Positions 35,941 through 49,769 of a DNA stretch of 64,000 nucleotides are shown here, in pieces. The first letter of the stretch is position 1. Every line of letters starts with the position of its first letter. Source of the DNA: the human T2T-CHM13v2.0 reference genome, Homo sapiens; NCBI RefSeq assembly GCF_009914755.1, contig NC_060931.1. One strand, written 5' to 3'. The notes below the pieces were generated by a model. It had not been told where the DNA came from and did not search any database. It was given only the letters and a program-made list of their open reading frames with translations. The position numbers and the translations under genes were made by a program.

Positions 35941-36283
35941 TGGCATTAGATTCTCATAGGAGCACGAACACTTTTGTGAACTGTGCATGTGAGGCATCTC
36001 GGTTGTTCTTGCCTTATGAGACTCTAATGCCTGATGATCTTTCACTGTCTCCGATCACCCCCAGATGAGACCCTCTAGTTGCAGGAAAACAAGCTCAGGG
36101 CTTCTACTGATTCTGCAATATAGTGAGTTGTGTAATAATTTCACTATATATTATGATGTAATAATAACAGAAATAAAGTGCACAGTAAACGTAATGTGCT
36201 TGAATCATCCGGAAACCATCCCCTCTGCTGGTCCATGGAAAGATTGTTTTTCACAAAACCGGCCCCAAAGTTGGGGACTACTG
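35941..36283 (+). mobile_element. MER1A (hAT-Charlie)
   Basis: ggcattagattctcataggagc...gttgcaggaaaacaagctcaggg...gttggggactactg. Confidence 0.88.
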
Positions 36284-36363
36284 CTATAGAGAATTGGATC
36301 TGCGGTCTACAAGTAATGTTAATGACATTTATTTTAAGTTGCACTGAGACTTTTGTTTACATC

Positions 36364-36665
36364 TTTTTTTTTTTTTTGAGATGAGAGTCTCGTTTGTGTT
36401 GCTCAGGCTGGAGTGCAAGGCACAATCTCAGCTCACTGCAACGTCCGTCTCCTGAGTTCAAGCGATTCTCCTGCCTCAGCCTCCCGAGTAGCTGGGATTA
36501 CAGGTGCCCGCCACCAAGCCCAGCTAATTTTTTGTATTTTTAATAGAGATGGGGTTTCACCATACTGGTTGGCCAGGCTGGTCTTGAACTCCTGACCTCA
36601 GGTGATCCACCCGCCTCGGCCTCCCAAAGTGCTAGGATTACAGGCATGAGCCAACATGCCTGGCC
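36364..36665 (-). mobile_element. AluS
   Basis: TSD tgtttacatctt. Confidence 0.93.
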
Positions 36666-36695
36666 TGTTTACATCTTAATTATGAATTGTTACTA

Positions 36696-37027
36696 TAGTC
36701 AGCCCTTTGTATCTGTGGTTTCCACATCCATAGATTCAACTAACCATGGACTGAAAATATGTGGGGGGGAAATGATGCTTACATCTGTACTGAACGTGAC
36801 GGACTTTGTCATTATTTCCTAAAAAATACAGGATAACTATTTACATAGCATTTGCATTGTATTAGGTGTTATAAGCAGTCTAGAGATGATTTAAAGTATA
36901 CAGGAGGATATGTGTATGTTACGTGCAAATACTACACCATTTTATATAAGGCACTTGAGCACCTGTGGATTTTGTTATTCACAGGGGATCCTGGAAACAA
37001 TCCCCTGTGGATACCAAGAGATGACTG
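36696..37027 (+). mobile_element. MER2 (TcMar-Tigger MITE)
   Basis: tagtcagccctttgtatc...gatgatttaaagtatacaggagg...gagatgactg; TA flanks. Confidence 0.88.
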
Positions 37028-38446
37028 TATAGGGGAGGCCGTGGTGACAGATGAAGTGGCACTGGGCTTAGTAAGGGTAAGAAAGCTAAGAGTGGCCTGA
37101 GGACAGATGACAAACATGACATATTGCTCACTTTAGCCAATGCTCAGAATCTCTTAGGTTTTTGAAACTTCACAAGCAATTTAGGCAAACTCTCCTTTCT
37201 TCTCTATCTCTGTATTCTATGTAATCCCACAGTTGAAGGCTGTTCTTATAGTGGAATTAATTATACCTCACTCCAAAAACTTGACCCTGATTTCCGTCTA
37301 CAAACCCAAAGCAGCAAATACAATTTACTTTTATATTTGAATTATTTTCTTTGTAATGGTGTCTGTTGACAGCCAAAGCCTCTTGTATGGAAACATACCA
37401 CCACTGCCACAAGTAAAAGCTATAAAGCAGTGTTAAATACTGTATATAGAGCTCACATTTGTATATGCATTTCTTTTAGGTCTTATGTAGTGTGTGTACT
37501 GTGGAAGATCGAGAAAGTGCGTTAGGTTGTTAGACAAAAGACCCAGAAGGCCTGCTAGAGATGCCACAGGTGGAACTAAGAAAGCAATCTCTGTGTCACT
37601 CAGGCTTTGAGAAACTTCCTTCAGAATCATAAAACATTAGAACTGGGAAGGTTAAAAAATCTTTAGTCTTTTTTTCCCAGCTCCAGTCTCTTGTGAATAA
37701 TTAACAGTAAAGTTAAAGATTATGGGAATTACGTGCCTCCTTTTTTCCCTTGCACAACATAGAATTTGTTTTCTAATAGTAGTTTATTTGTTAGCTTTGC
37801 ATTCCCATAAGTGATGGTTTCCAGCCTTGGCAAACCCTTGCAGCCTCCAGCCACAAGTCCCCTGGACCTCAGAGAATGTATATACTGTATGTGCACCCTA
37901 ATAACATGTTTCCTTAAAACTAGTACTACTGGATCCTCTAACTTTAGTACATGTCTTTCATGTCCAACTTTTCAGAGGCCGCCAAACTAGCAACCCTAAA
38001 CTCATTTGTCACTATCAAAACATAATATACGAATATGGAAAGCTAATATAAAAATGGTAAGGGACTGAGCCATTTGGAAGGTAACTTAATGTAAGTGCCT
38101 GAAAAACAGGGATACAAAAAAGCAAAGGGACAAGAAGCAAGCCAGTTCACCCTGAACCCTACAAATGTTTGGGAATTAGAAACATCAAGTATTACAAATT
38201 AGGGGAAACGGATGAAGTCTGATACTAAAAATAGGGAGGTTGACAGTCTGTGTAGGAACAGTTAGACTTCCAGATCCTTATCTCTATACCCCACCTCCCC
38301 CTCTGCAGAAGAGATAGATTCCCTTAGGGAGGAAGAAAACTAGAGAAAATAAAGACACTAGGGGGAGAGTGTGATGTCAGCAAGATAGTGGAATAAAAGA
38401 TACCTGGCATCACTCTTCCCACAAAAATGCAACTAGAAATTATTCA

Positions 38447-39004
<558 letters not shown>

Positions 39005-39269
39005 TCAGGGAGAGCCAGGAGAGCTGAACTATCTGGGGTAAAGTGGGGACAAAGAGCAGGGCACTGATTGTAGCAACTAGTATATGGATCTTGCAGCTAC
39101 TCTGTACTCTAATTAGCCGAGACACCCTATTGACAAGGATGGCCAGTGTCTTAGTGCCACTGGGGTGTAATCAGTGGGAAGGCCTGAATCCCTGGTCGGA
39201 TTTTCCACAAAACTTAGTGCTCACATGGAACCTTCCCGTGGCCCAGAAACAGCTATAAGATTGGGATTA

Positions 39270-39560
39270 AGCTGGGCATGGCAGCTCATTTCTGTAATCC
39301 CACTTTGGGAGGCCAAGTTGGGTGGATAATTTGAGCCCAGGAGTTCAAGACCAGCCTGGGCAACATAGCAAAATCCCACTTCTACCACAAAAACAAAAGT
39401 TAGCTGCATGTGGTGGTACGTGCCTGTAATCCCAGCTACTTCAGAGGCTGAAGCAAAGAGTCGCTTGAGCCTGGGAGACAGAGGTTACAGTGAGCCAAGA
39501 TCGCACCACTGAACGCCAGCCTGGGCAACAGAGCAAAACTGTGTCTCAAAAAAAAAAAAA
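39270..39560 (+). mobile_element. AluJ in L1 5'UTR
   Basis: TSD ttgggattaa. Confidence 0.9.
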
Positions 39561-39701
39561 AGTTGGGATTAACTTCCAGTGTACACTTAAGCACTTAAGA
39601 CTTTCACAGACTGGGAAATGATGACAGGATAGCAATATAGTTGGAGAACAATGTTTACCTTTCGGTGGTCACTATAAGTCTTCCTGTCTGTGAAACAATG
39701 T

Positions 39702-39817
39702 CAGGGCAAGTTAGTTTAGTTTTAGTGCAGTGTTTTGAACGGCAGGGCAAGTTAGTTCTGTTTTAGTGCAATGTTTTGAATGGCAGGGCAAGTTAGTTTA
39801 GTTTTAGTGCAGTGTTT
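39702..39817. repeat. 41-bp tandem repeat, ~2.8 copies
   Basis: cagggcaagttagtttagttttagtgcagtgttttgaacgg at 39702, 39743, 39784. Confidence 0.93.
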
Positions 39818-40121
39818 CAGTTCTGATGCTCACTGTAAGTCTTCCCCAGAATGGGAAGAAACAATAGGCCAGTACTTAAGCTCTCATACTAAGTAAAGGC
39901 CCGAAATCACCAAAGAACACCTGCAAAACCTAGAAGAAATGGCTGTGTCCTCAAATGTGCAAGCATCAACATAAACAAGCAATGATTATGAAAACTTAGG
40001 GAAATATGACACCACCAAAAGAAACCAACAAAGCTCCACCAGTGGACTCAGAAGAATTGAAGATCTATGAAATGTCAGACAGAGAATTCAGAATAAGCCT
40101 CTTTAAAAAGTTCAGTGAATC

Positions 40122-40462
<341 letters not shown>

Positions 40463-41388
40463 TTAGAAAGCAATCCATGTATGTAGTGAGAAATTTGACA
40501 AAGAAATAGAAACAAGAAAACAAATAGAAATCCTATCTATAAACAATACAGTAACTGAACTGGAATAACTCATTGGAAAGCTTTAGCAGCAGACTTAATC
40601 AAATAAAAGAATTGGTGAGCTTCAGGACAGAACATATGAAATTACCCATTCAGAGGAGCAAGAATAAAAAAGGGTAAAGAAGACCTACAAGAATTGTGGA
40701 ATACCATCAAGCAGACTAACCTCTGCATAATAGGAATTCCTGAAGATGAGGAAGAAAAGGGTGTAGAAAGCATACTTAAGCAAATCATGGCTGAAAAAGT
40801 CCCAAATCTAGAGAAAGATGACACTGTCTAGGTACAGGAAGCTCAGTGATCAGCAATTAAAATCAACCCAAAGAAGAGATACCTATGGCACATAACAATC
40901 TGGTTAACAAAAATCAAAGACAAAGAAAGATTACTCAAGGCAGCAAGAGAAAAGAAATGTGTCCCATTCAACATACCCCAATAGAGCTTTCAGCAGATAT
41001 CCCAGCAGAAACCCTGTAGGCCAGCAAAGAGTGGAATGGTATATTTAGAGTGCTGAAGGAAAAGAAAAAAACTGCCAAGCAAGAATACTGTACCCAGCAA
41101 AGTTACCCTTTATAAACACAAAGGCAAGATAAAGATTTTTCCAGACAAACAAAAGTTGAGGGAATTCATCAACACCAGACCTGTCTTACAAAAAATGCTA
41201 AAGGGAGCTGTTCAGTCAGAAAGTGAAGGATGCTAATGGGTAAAAAGAAAGCATCTAATGGCATTAAACTCACCGGCAAAAGAAAGAAAACTCACTGGTA
41301 AAAGAAGACTTCTGAAAAATTCAGAATATTGTAATACTGCAAATGGGATGAGTAAACCACTTATATTTTAAGTATGAAGACTAAAAGA

Positions 41389-41392
<4 letters not shown>

Positions 41393-41423
<31 letters not shown>

Positions 41424-41702
41424 CAGAGCCTCGCTCTGTCACTCAAGCTGGAGAGTGCAGTGGTGCAATCTCAGCTCACTGCAACCTGCACCTCCTGGGT
41501 TGAAGTGATTCTCATGCCTCAGCCTCCGAGTAACTGGGATTACAGATATGTGCCAACACACCTGGCTTATTTTTGTATTTTTAGTAGAGACAGTATTTCA
41601 CAATGTTGGCCAGGCTGGTCTCGAACTCCTGACCTCAGGTGATCCGCCCATCTCGGCCTCCTGAAGTGCTGGGATTACAGGCTTGAGCCACCATGTCCGG
41701 CC
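41393..41702 (-). mobile_element. AluS in L1
   Basis: TSD gacaaa. Confidence 0.92.
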
Positions 41703-43744
41703 GACAAAACTATTAAAAACAGTAACTACAACGGTTATTTAGGAGACAGACAATTGTTTAAGCAATAAAAAGATTAAATCAAAACATCAAAAAGTCAAAA
41801 TGGCAATGGCGGTGTTAAAGTATAGAGTTTTTGTTACTTTTCTTTGCAAAGTTAAGTGATTATCAGTTTAAAATAACCTATTATAAGATTTTTTTGTAAG
41901 CCTCACAGTAACCATAAAGCAAAAACCTATAATAGATACACTAAAAATAAATAGCACAAAATCAAAGCACGCTGCTAGAGAAAATCACTTACCATAGAGG
42001 AAGACAGTAAGAGAGGAAAATAGGAAGAAAGAATCTACAAAGCAACCAAAAACAAGGAACAGTATGGCAGTAGTAAACCCTTACCTGTCAGTAATAACTT
42101 TGAATATAAACGGATTAAATTCTTCAATTAAGAGTGGCAGAATGGATTAAAAAACAAGACCCATCCATATGCTGGCTACAAGAAACTCACTTCATCTGTA
42201 AAGATAAGCACAGACTGAAAGTGAAGGTATGGAAAAAGATAATTTATGCAAATGGAAACCAAAAAAGAGCAAGAGAGCCTATAGTTTTATCACATAAAAT
42301 AAACTTAAATCAAGATGGTTAAAAAAAAGACAAGGCCATTATATAACGACAAAGGGGTCAGTACAGCAAGAGGATATAACAATGGTAAATATATATACAC
42401 CCAACACCAGAGCACCCAAATATATAAAGCAAATATTAATAGACCTAAAGAGAGAGATAGACTGCAATACAGTAATACTAGGGAACATCCACACTTTCAA
42501 TGTGAACAGATCATCCAGACAGAAAAGAAACAAAGAAACGTAGACATTAAACTGTACTCTGGACCAAATGGACCTAACAGATATTTACAGAACATTCCAT
42601 CCAACAGTTGCAGAATACACATTTTTCTCAACAGCACATGGAATATTCTCCAGGATTGATCATACATTAGGTCACAAAACAAGTTTTAACAAATTTTTAA
42701 AATTGAAATTATATTTATCTTGTCACAGTGGAATAAAACTAGAAATCTATAATCAGAGGAACATTGGAAACAGTACAAATTAATGGAAATTAAACAACAA
42801 ATGGACCAATGAAGAAATTTTAAAGTAAATTTTAAAATTTCTTGAGACAAATGAAAATGGAAACAAAATACCAAAACCTATGGGATACAGCAAAAGCGGT
42901 TCTAAGAGGGAAGTGTATAGCAATAAACGTCTATATCAAAAAAGTAAAAAGACTTCAAATAACCTAACGATACACCTCAAGGAACTAGAAAAGCAAAACC
43001 AAACAAACCCCCAATTTTTTGTTCTTTTTTTCTCCGTGAAAAAAGGCATCTAAAAAACAAACCAATGTTAATAGAAAGAAATAATAAAAGAGCAGAAGTA
43101 AATGAAACCAAGACTAAAAGAATACAAAGATCAATGAAATGAAAATGTTTTTTTGAATAGGTAATCAAAATTGGCAAACCTTTCAGAAGACTAAGTGTTG
43201 GGGGGTGGTGGGTGGGGGGAGAGAAGACCCAAATAAGCAAAACCAGAGGTGAAAAATGGGACATTGTAAGTGATACCACCGATATACAAAAAGATCATTA
43301 GAGACTACTATGAACAACTATACACCAAAAAATTGCAAAGCCTAGAAGGAATGTGTAAATTCTCTGACACATACAACCTACCAAGATTGAATCAGGAAGA
43401 AACAAAAGACCTCAACAAACCAATAATGAGTAATGAGATTGAAGCCATATAAAAAAAGTCTCTCAACCAAGAAAAGCCCAGGACCTGTTGCTTCACTGCT
43501 AAATTCTGCCAGACATTTAAAGAACTAATACCAATCCTACTCAAACTCCTCAAAACAAAAATTTTTTTGGAAGAGAAGGGATTACTTCCCAACTCATTCT
43601 ACAAGGGCAACATTACCCTGATACCAAAACCAGACAGGATGCAACAAGAAAATGACAGGCCAACATCCCTGATGAACACAGATGCAAAAATCCTCAACAA
43701 AATACTAACAAATCAAGTGCAACAATACATTAAAAAGATCATCC

Positions 43745-43946
43745 TGGGATACGAAGAGGGGAAGAACAGACTTACTTGAGGGTGGGGGGTTGGAGGAAGG
43801 AGAGGATCAGAAAAAATACCTATTCGGTACTATGCTTATTACCTGAGTGATGAAATAATCTGTACACCAAGCCTCTGTGACACACAGTTTACCCACATAA
43901 CAAACCAGCACATGTACCCCTCAACCTAAAAAAAAAAAAAAAAAAA
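43745..43946 (+). mobile_element. Short L1PA 3' end nested in the older L1 ORF2
   Basis: gagaggatcagaaaaaatacctattcggtac... plus poly-A; flanked by aaaa(g)atcatc. Confidence 0.85.
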
Positions 43947-44062
43947 ATCATCATGATAAAGTGGAAATCCGAGGGATGCAAGGATGATTCAGCATACCCA
44001 AATCAATAAACATAGTACATTACATTAATACAATCAAGACCAAAAACCATATGATGATTTCA

Positions 44063-44324
<262 letters not shown>

Positions 44325-44895
44325 GAAGGAACATATCTCAAACCATATATGACAAACCCACAGCTAACGTCATGTTCAACAGTGAAAAGCTGAATAATGA
44401 ATAATTTTTCTCTAAGATTAGGAACAGACAAGGATGCCCACTCTAACCACTTCTGTTCAACTTAGTACTTGAGGTCCTAGCCCAAGCAATTAGGCAAGAG
44501 AAAGAAATAAAGGGTACCCAAATTGGAAAGGAAGAAACCACATTATCTTTATTTGCAGATAACATGATCCTGTATTTAGAAAAACCTGAAGACTCCTCCA
44601 AAAACTGCTAGAACTGATAAACAAATTCACTTAAGTTTCATGATACAAAATCAACATAACAAAAATCTGTAGCATTTCTATACATCAACAGCAAGCAATC
44701 TGAAAAAGAAATCAGAAAAGCAATCCCATTTACATAGCTACAAAAAAAATAAAATACCTAGGCATGAACTTAACCAAATAAGTGAAGAATCTCTGTGATG
44801 AAAACTGTAAAAGACTGATGACAGAAATTGAAGAGGACATATAGAAAATGAAAAGATACTTCATACTCATGGATTAGAAGAATTAATATTGTTAT

Positions 44896-45108
44896 GGAGT
44901 TCGAGACCAGCCTGGCCAACATAGTGAAACCCCATCTCTACTAAAAATAGAAAAATTAGCCAGGCCTGGTTGTGGGTGCCTATAATCCCAGCTACTCAGG
45001 AGGCTGAGGCAGGAGAATCACTTGAACCTGGGAGGCAGAGGGTGCACCAAGCCGAGATCATGCCACTGCACTCCAGCCTGGGTGACAGAGTGAGACTCCG
45101 TCTCAAAA
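44896..45108 (+). mobile_element. 5'-truncated AluS
   Basis: Begins at ggagttcgagacc. Confidence 0.9.
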
Positions 45109-45379
45109 GTCAGTATTACCCAAAGTAATCTACAGAGTCAGTATAATCTCTATCAAAATACCAATGACATTTTTCACAGAAATAGAAAAAACCTAAAATT
45201 TGTGTGGAATGACAAAAGACCTTGAATACCTAAAGCTATCCTGAGCAGAAAGAACAAAGTTGGAGACATCTCACTGCCTGACTTTGAATACCACAAAGCT
45301 ATGGTAACCAAAACACCATGGTTCTATATATATGTGCACACATTTTATACACACATAGGTATATAAAACACCTACAAAT

Positions 45380-45672
45380 TTTTGTTTTTTGAGACAGAGT
45401 CTCGCTCTGTTGCCCAGGCTGGAGTGCAGTGGCATGATCTTGGCTCACTGCAACCTCCGCCTCCTGGGTTCAAGCAATTCTCTGCCTCAGCCTCCCAAGT
45501 AGCTGGGATTGCAGGCACCCATCACAAATGCCTGGCTAATGTTTTTGTATTTTTGGTAGAGATGGGTTATCACCATCTTGGTCAGGCTGGTCTTGAACTC
45601 CTGACCTCATGATCCACCTGCCTCGGCCTCCCAAAGTGCTGGGATTCCAGGTGTGAGCCACCGCACTCAGCC
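45380..45672 (-). mobile_element. AluS
   Basis: TSD acctacaaa. Confidence 0.92.
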
Positions 45673-46594
45673 TAGACCTACAAAATTATACTTGGAGAAT
45701 CCTGACAAAAAGGCTGGCTGAGAAAGCACACCCATAATTATACTCAACTCTCATATAGAGAACTCCATTTAACTTTGTAGTGCTTCATAGCCAAGACTTG
45801 CCAGAAATTGGCAGAACATCTCTAACATAAGAGAGACCAAAAGAAAGAAAAATGTACCTCGGAGATAACAAAAACAATGTAATAAGCAAAAGAAATCATA
45901 AATGAACTGTAATTAATATTCTTGTAGAGGTGAGGTGAAGGAACAAGAATAAATTGCTATTTTCTAAAACATTCAGAAAGCTTGGGAACTAAAAATAGGA
46001 GAGCTGAAATTTAAAATCAGTGATTGGATAAAGTTGAGAAAATATCTTAGTAAAACAAAAAGAAAAAACAAGAGATGACTTAGAGAGAAAAGATAAGAAA
46101 CTTAGAAGCAAAATTCAAGTTGTCTGATGTTTAACTGACTGGAATTCCAGAAAAAGAGAATAGAGAAAACGAACAGCAGGATGTTATCAAAATGACAATA
46201 TAAGAGTAGATGGACATGTATCTGTTTCCAATACCACTGAGTGAGGAAAATAAGCCACAGTACCATGAAACTGTAGAACACCAAGGACAAAGAGAAGCTG
46301 CAAAAACTGAAAAATCAACTCTTCAATCAGAAAATTGAGGCTTCAGGGCAAACCATTCTCCCAAAAACTGGAGGGAATGGTGCATACTGAGAATCACAGA
46401 TTACCTCCAGAAACCTCACCAGATTCTCAGGGTAAAGAGAAAAATCTCCTCAAGCTTTAGGTAGGGAGAAGGGGAAATCATCATCTTGAAATAAGCCGTA
46501 GCACTCCTTAGCAATGGTTTGCTCTCAAAGTAAACTGTTTAATCAAGCCTAATTGACATGTGCTTTACCAGAGCCTAACAGACCTGGAGGAAGA

Positions 46595-47036
46595 TGTGTT
46601 AGTCCATCTTGCATTGCTAAAAAAGAATACCTGAGACTGGTAATTTATAAAGAAGAGGGGTTTATTTGGCTCACATTTCTGCAGACTGTACAAGAAGCAT
46701 GGCACCAGCATCTATCTGCTTAGCTTCTGGTGAGGCCTCAGGAAGCTTTCCCTTATGGTGGAACACAAAGGGGAACAGGCACAGCACATGGAGAGAGAGA
46801 GAGCAAGAGAGAGAGGGGAGGGAGGTGCCAGACTCTTGAACAACCAGATCTCGCACCAGGTCTTGCGTGAACTATAGTTATAGAGTAAGAACTCACTCAC
46901 AAGTGCAGGGACAACATCAAGCCATTCATGAGGGATCTGGCCCCATGACCCAAACACTTCCCACTAGGCCCCACCTTCAACACTGGGAATCACATTTCAG
47001 CATGAGTTGGAGGGGAAAAATACCCAAAGTGTATCA
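46595..47036 (-). mobile_element. MSTB solo LTR
   Basis: tgtgttagtccatcttgcattgct...gtgtatca; TSD gaaga/gaagg. Confidence 0.88.
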
Positions 47037-47324
47037 GAAGGGAAACACCCAACTGCAGCCCTCTCTAGCCTTCCTGTCTTACCTAATTGGGGAGAAGGGA
47101 ACCTGAGAAGCACTTGTGAAAGTCACGGCCCAGGCACACAGGCTCACTAAAAGACTGAGAACTAATTATGTGATTATAAGACACTCCCCCCACCACACAC
47201 ACCTCACCACCACACCAATCAGTCTCCTGTGTAATGATAGTGGATTACTGCTAAATGAACTAATTTTCAGACCCTATTCTATTTTAATAAGGAGTCTTTA
47301 GGGAAACGAAGAAATGATAGATAC

Positions 47325-47665
47325 AAAAACAAGGATGTGATTGTAACAACGTGGGTACAGCTGGAGGCCATTATCCTAAGTGAATTAATGCTGAAACAAA
47401 AAACCAAAAACTACATGTTCCGAACTCATAAGTGGGAGCTAGACATTGGGTATTCATGGACATAAAGATGGGAACAGTAGACACTGGGTACTGCAAGAGA
47501 CAGGAGAGAGGGAGGGGAGAAAGGGTTGAAAAGCTGCCTATTGGGTACTATGCTCACGACCTGGGTAGCAGGATCAGTTGTACCCCAGACGTCAGCATCA
47601 CACAAAATACCCTTGTAACCTGCACGTGTACCCCTGAATCTAAAATAAAAATTGATTTAAAAAAG
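47325..47665 (+). mobile_element. L1PA16/L1PB-like 3' end
   Basis: ggacataaagatgggaacagtagacactggg...aaaataaaa. Confidence 0.85.
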
Positions 47666-48397
47666 GACACTAAAGGAAATGTAACCTATACAGCTACACA
47701 AAACAGTAAACACAGCCCAACTCTTAGCCAGAGAAACATAAAGCCTCAAACAAGAGGACTTTTTACCGCAGTTTCTTCTACCCAGTATATCATGTCTGCT
47801 TTCAACAAAAACTTACAAGACATGCTAAAAGGCAAAAATCAAAGTTGCATGAGGCATAACAAGAATCAGAACCATTGCCAGACTCATTTATGGCAGCGAT
47901 TTTTGGAATAATCAGACTGGAAATTTTAAATAAGTATGATTAATATACTAAAGGCTCTAATGGAAAAAGTGAACAACATGCAAGAAAGGTGGGTAACATA
48001 AGCAGACAATAGAAACTCTAAGAAAGAACCCAAAAGAAATACTAGAAATAAGCAATACTATAACAGAAATGAAGAATGCCCTTGGACTTATTGATAGAGT
48101 GGAAAGGACAATAGATAACCTGGGAAAGATTCAATGAGCTTGAAGATATGTCAGTAGAAAGTTCCAAAACTTAAACTGCAAAGAGAAAAAAGAATAAATG
48201 ACAGAACATGGCGGGGCCTGGTGGCTCACACTGTATCTCCACACTTCAGGAGGCCCAGGTGGGAAGATCACTTGAGACCAAGAGTTGAGGGCCAGCCTAG
48301 GCAACAGAGAGAGATCTGTTGACTCCACAAAAAATAAAAAGGAAAAGAATAGGATATCCAAAAACTGTGGGACAGTTACAAAATTATATATATTTAA

Positions 48398-48497
48398 GTC
48401 CTTGCTTTGGCTGAACCTAACACTAAAATTGGAACAATACCAAGAAGATTGCACAACATGGCCCTGTGCAAGGATGATATGTAAGGTCATGAAGCAT
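48398..48497 (+). pseudogene. U6 snRNA retropseudogene
   Basis: gtccttgctttggc...actaaaattggaacaataccaagaagatt...catggccctgtgcaaggatgatatgtaaggtcatgaagc aligns along nearly all of U6; ACAGAGA box mutated. Confidence 0.9.
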
Positions 48498-48516
48498 AGA
48501 AAAAACATTTCTAATT

Positions 48517-49117
<601 letters not shown>

Positions 49118-49308
49118 AATTTTTTAAAAAATTAAAAAAAATATGTGTATGTAAAATTGTGTACACACGATGGGAATAACAGAGGAAAAGAGAGAAAGGA
49201 ATAGAAGAACCATTTGAAGTAATAATGACTATTTTCAAAACTAAAGACAGATGCCAAACCACAAATCCAGTTTAGAAAGTTAAGAAAACAAGCAAGATCA
49301 ATACCAAA

Positions 49309-49608
49309 TGCCAGGTGCGGTGGCTCACACCTGTAATCCCAGCATTTTGGGAGGCCGAGGTGGGCAGATCACTTGAGGTCAGGAGTTCAAGACCAGCCTG
49401 GGCAACATGGTGAAACCCTGTCTCTACTAAAAATAGAAAAATTAGGCCTGGTGGCAGGTGCCTGTAATCCCAGCTACTCAAGAGACTGAGGCAGGAGAAT
49501 TGCTTGAACCTGGGAGGCAGAGGTTGCAGTGAGCTGGGCACCACTGCACTCCAGCTTGGGCAAAAGAGTGAGACTCCATCTCCAAAAAAAAAAAAAAAAA
49601 AAAAAAAA
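49309..49608 (+). mobile_element. AluS
   Basis: Dimer with poly-A. Confidence 0.92.
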
Positions 49609-49769
49609 GATAAATACAAGAAAGTCTGTACCCAGGCACCTAGGCATATCATAATCAAATTGCAGAAAATCAAAGATAACATCCTGAAAAAACCTAGAGG
49701 AAAAAAAACACCTATGGAGAGTGGAGTGAAATATCTCTATATTTATTATGTCTTTATTATGTTTTTAAT

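Noticed and set aside
48398-48497. Functional U6 gene
   Set aside because: Catalytic motifs are mutated, no upstream PSE is recognisable, and it is embedded in L1
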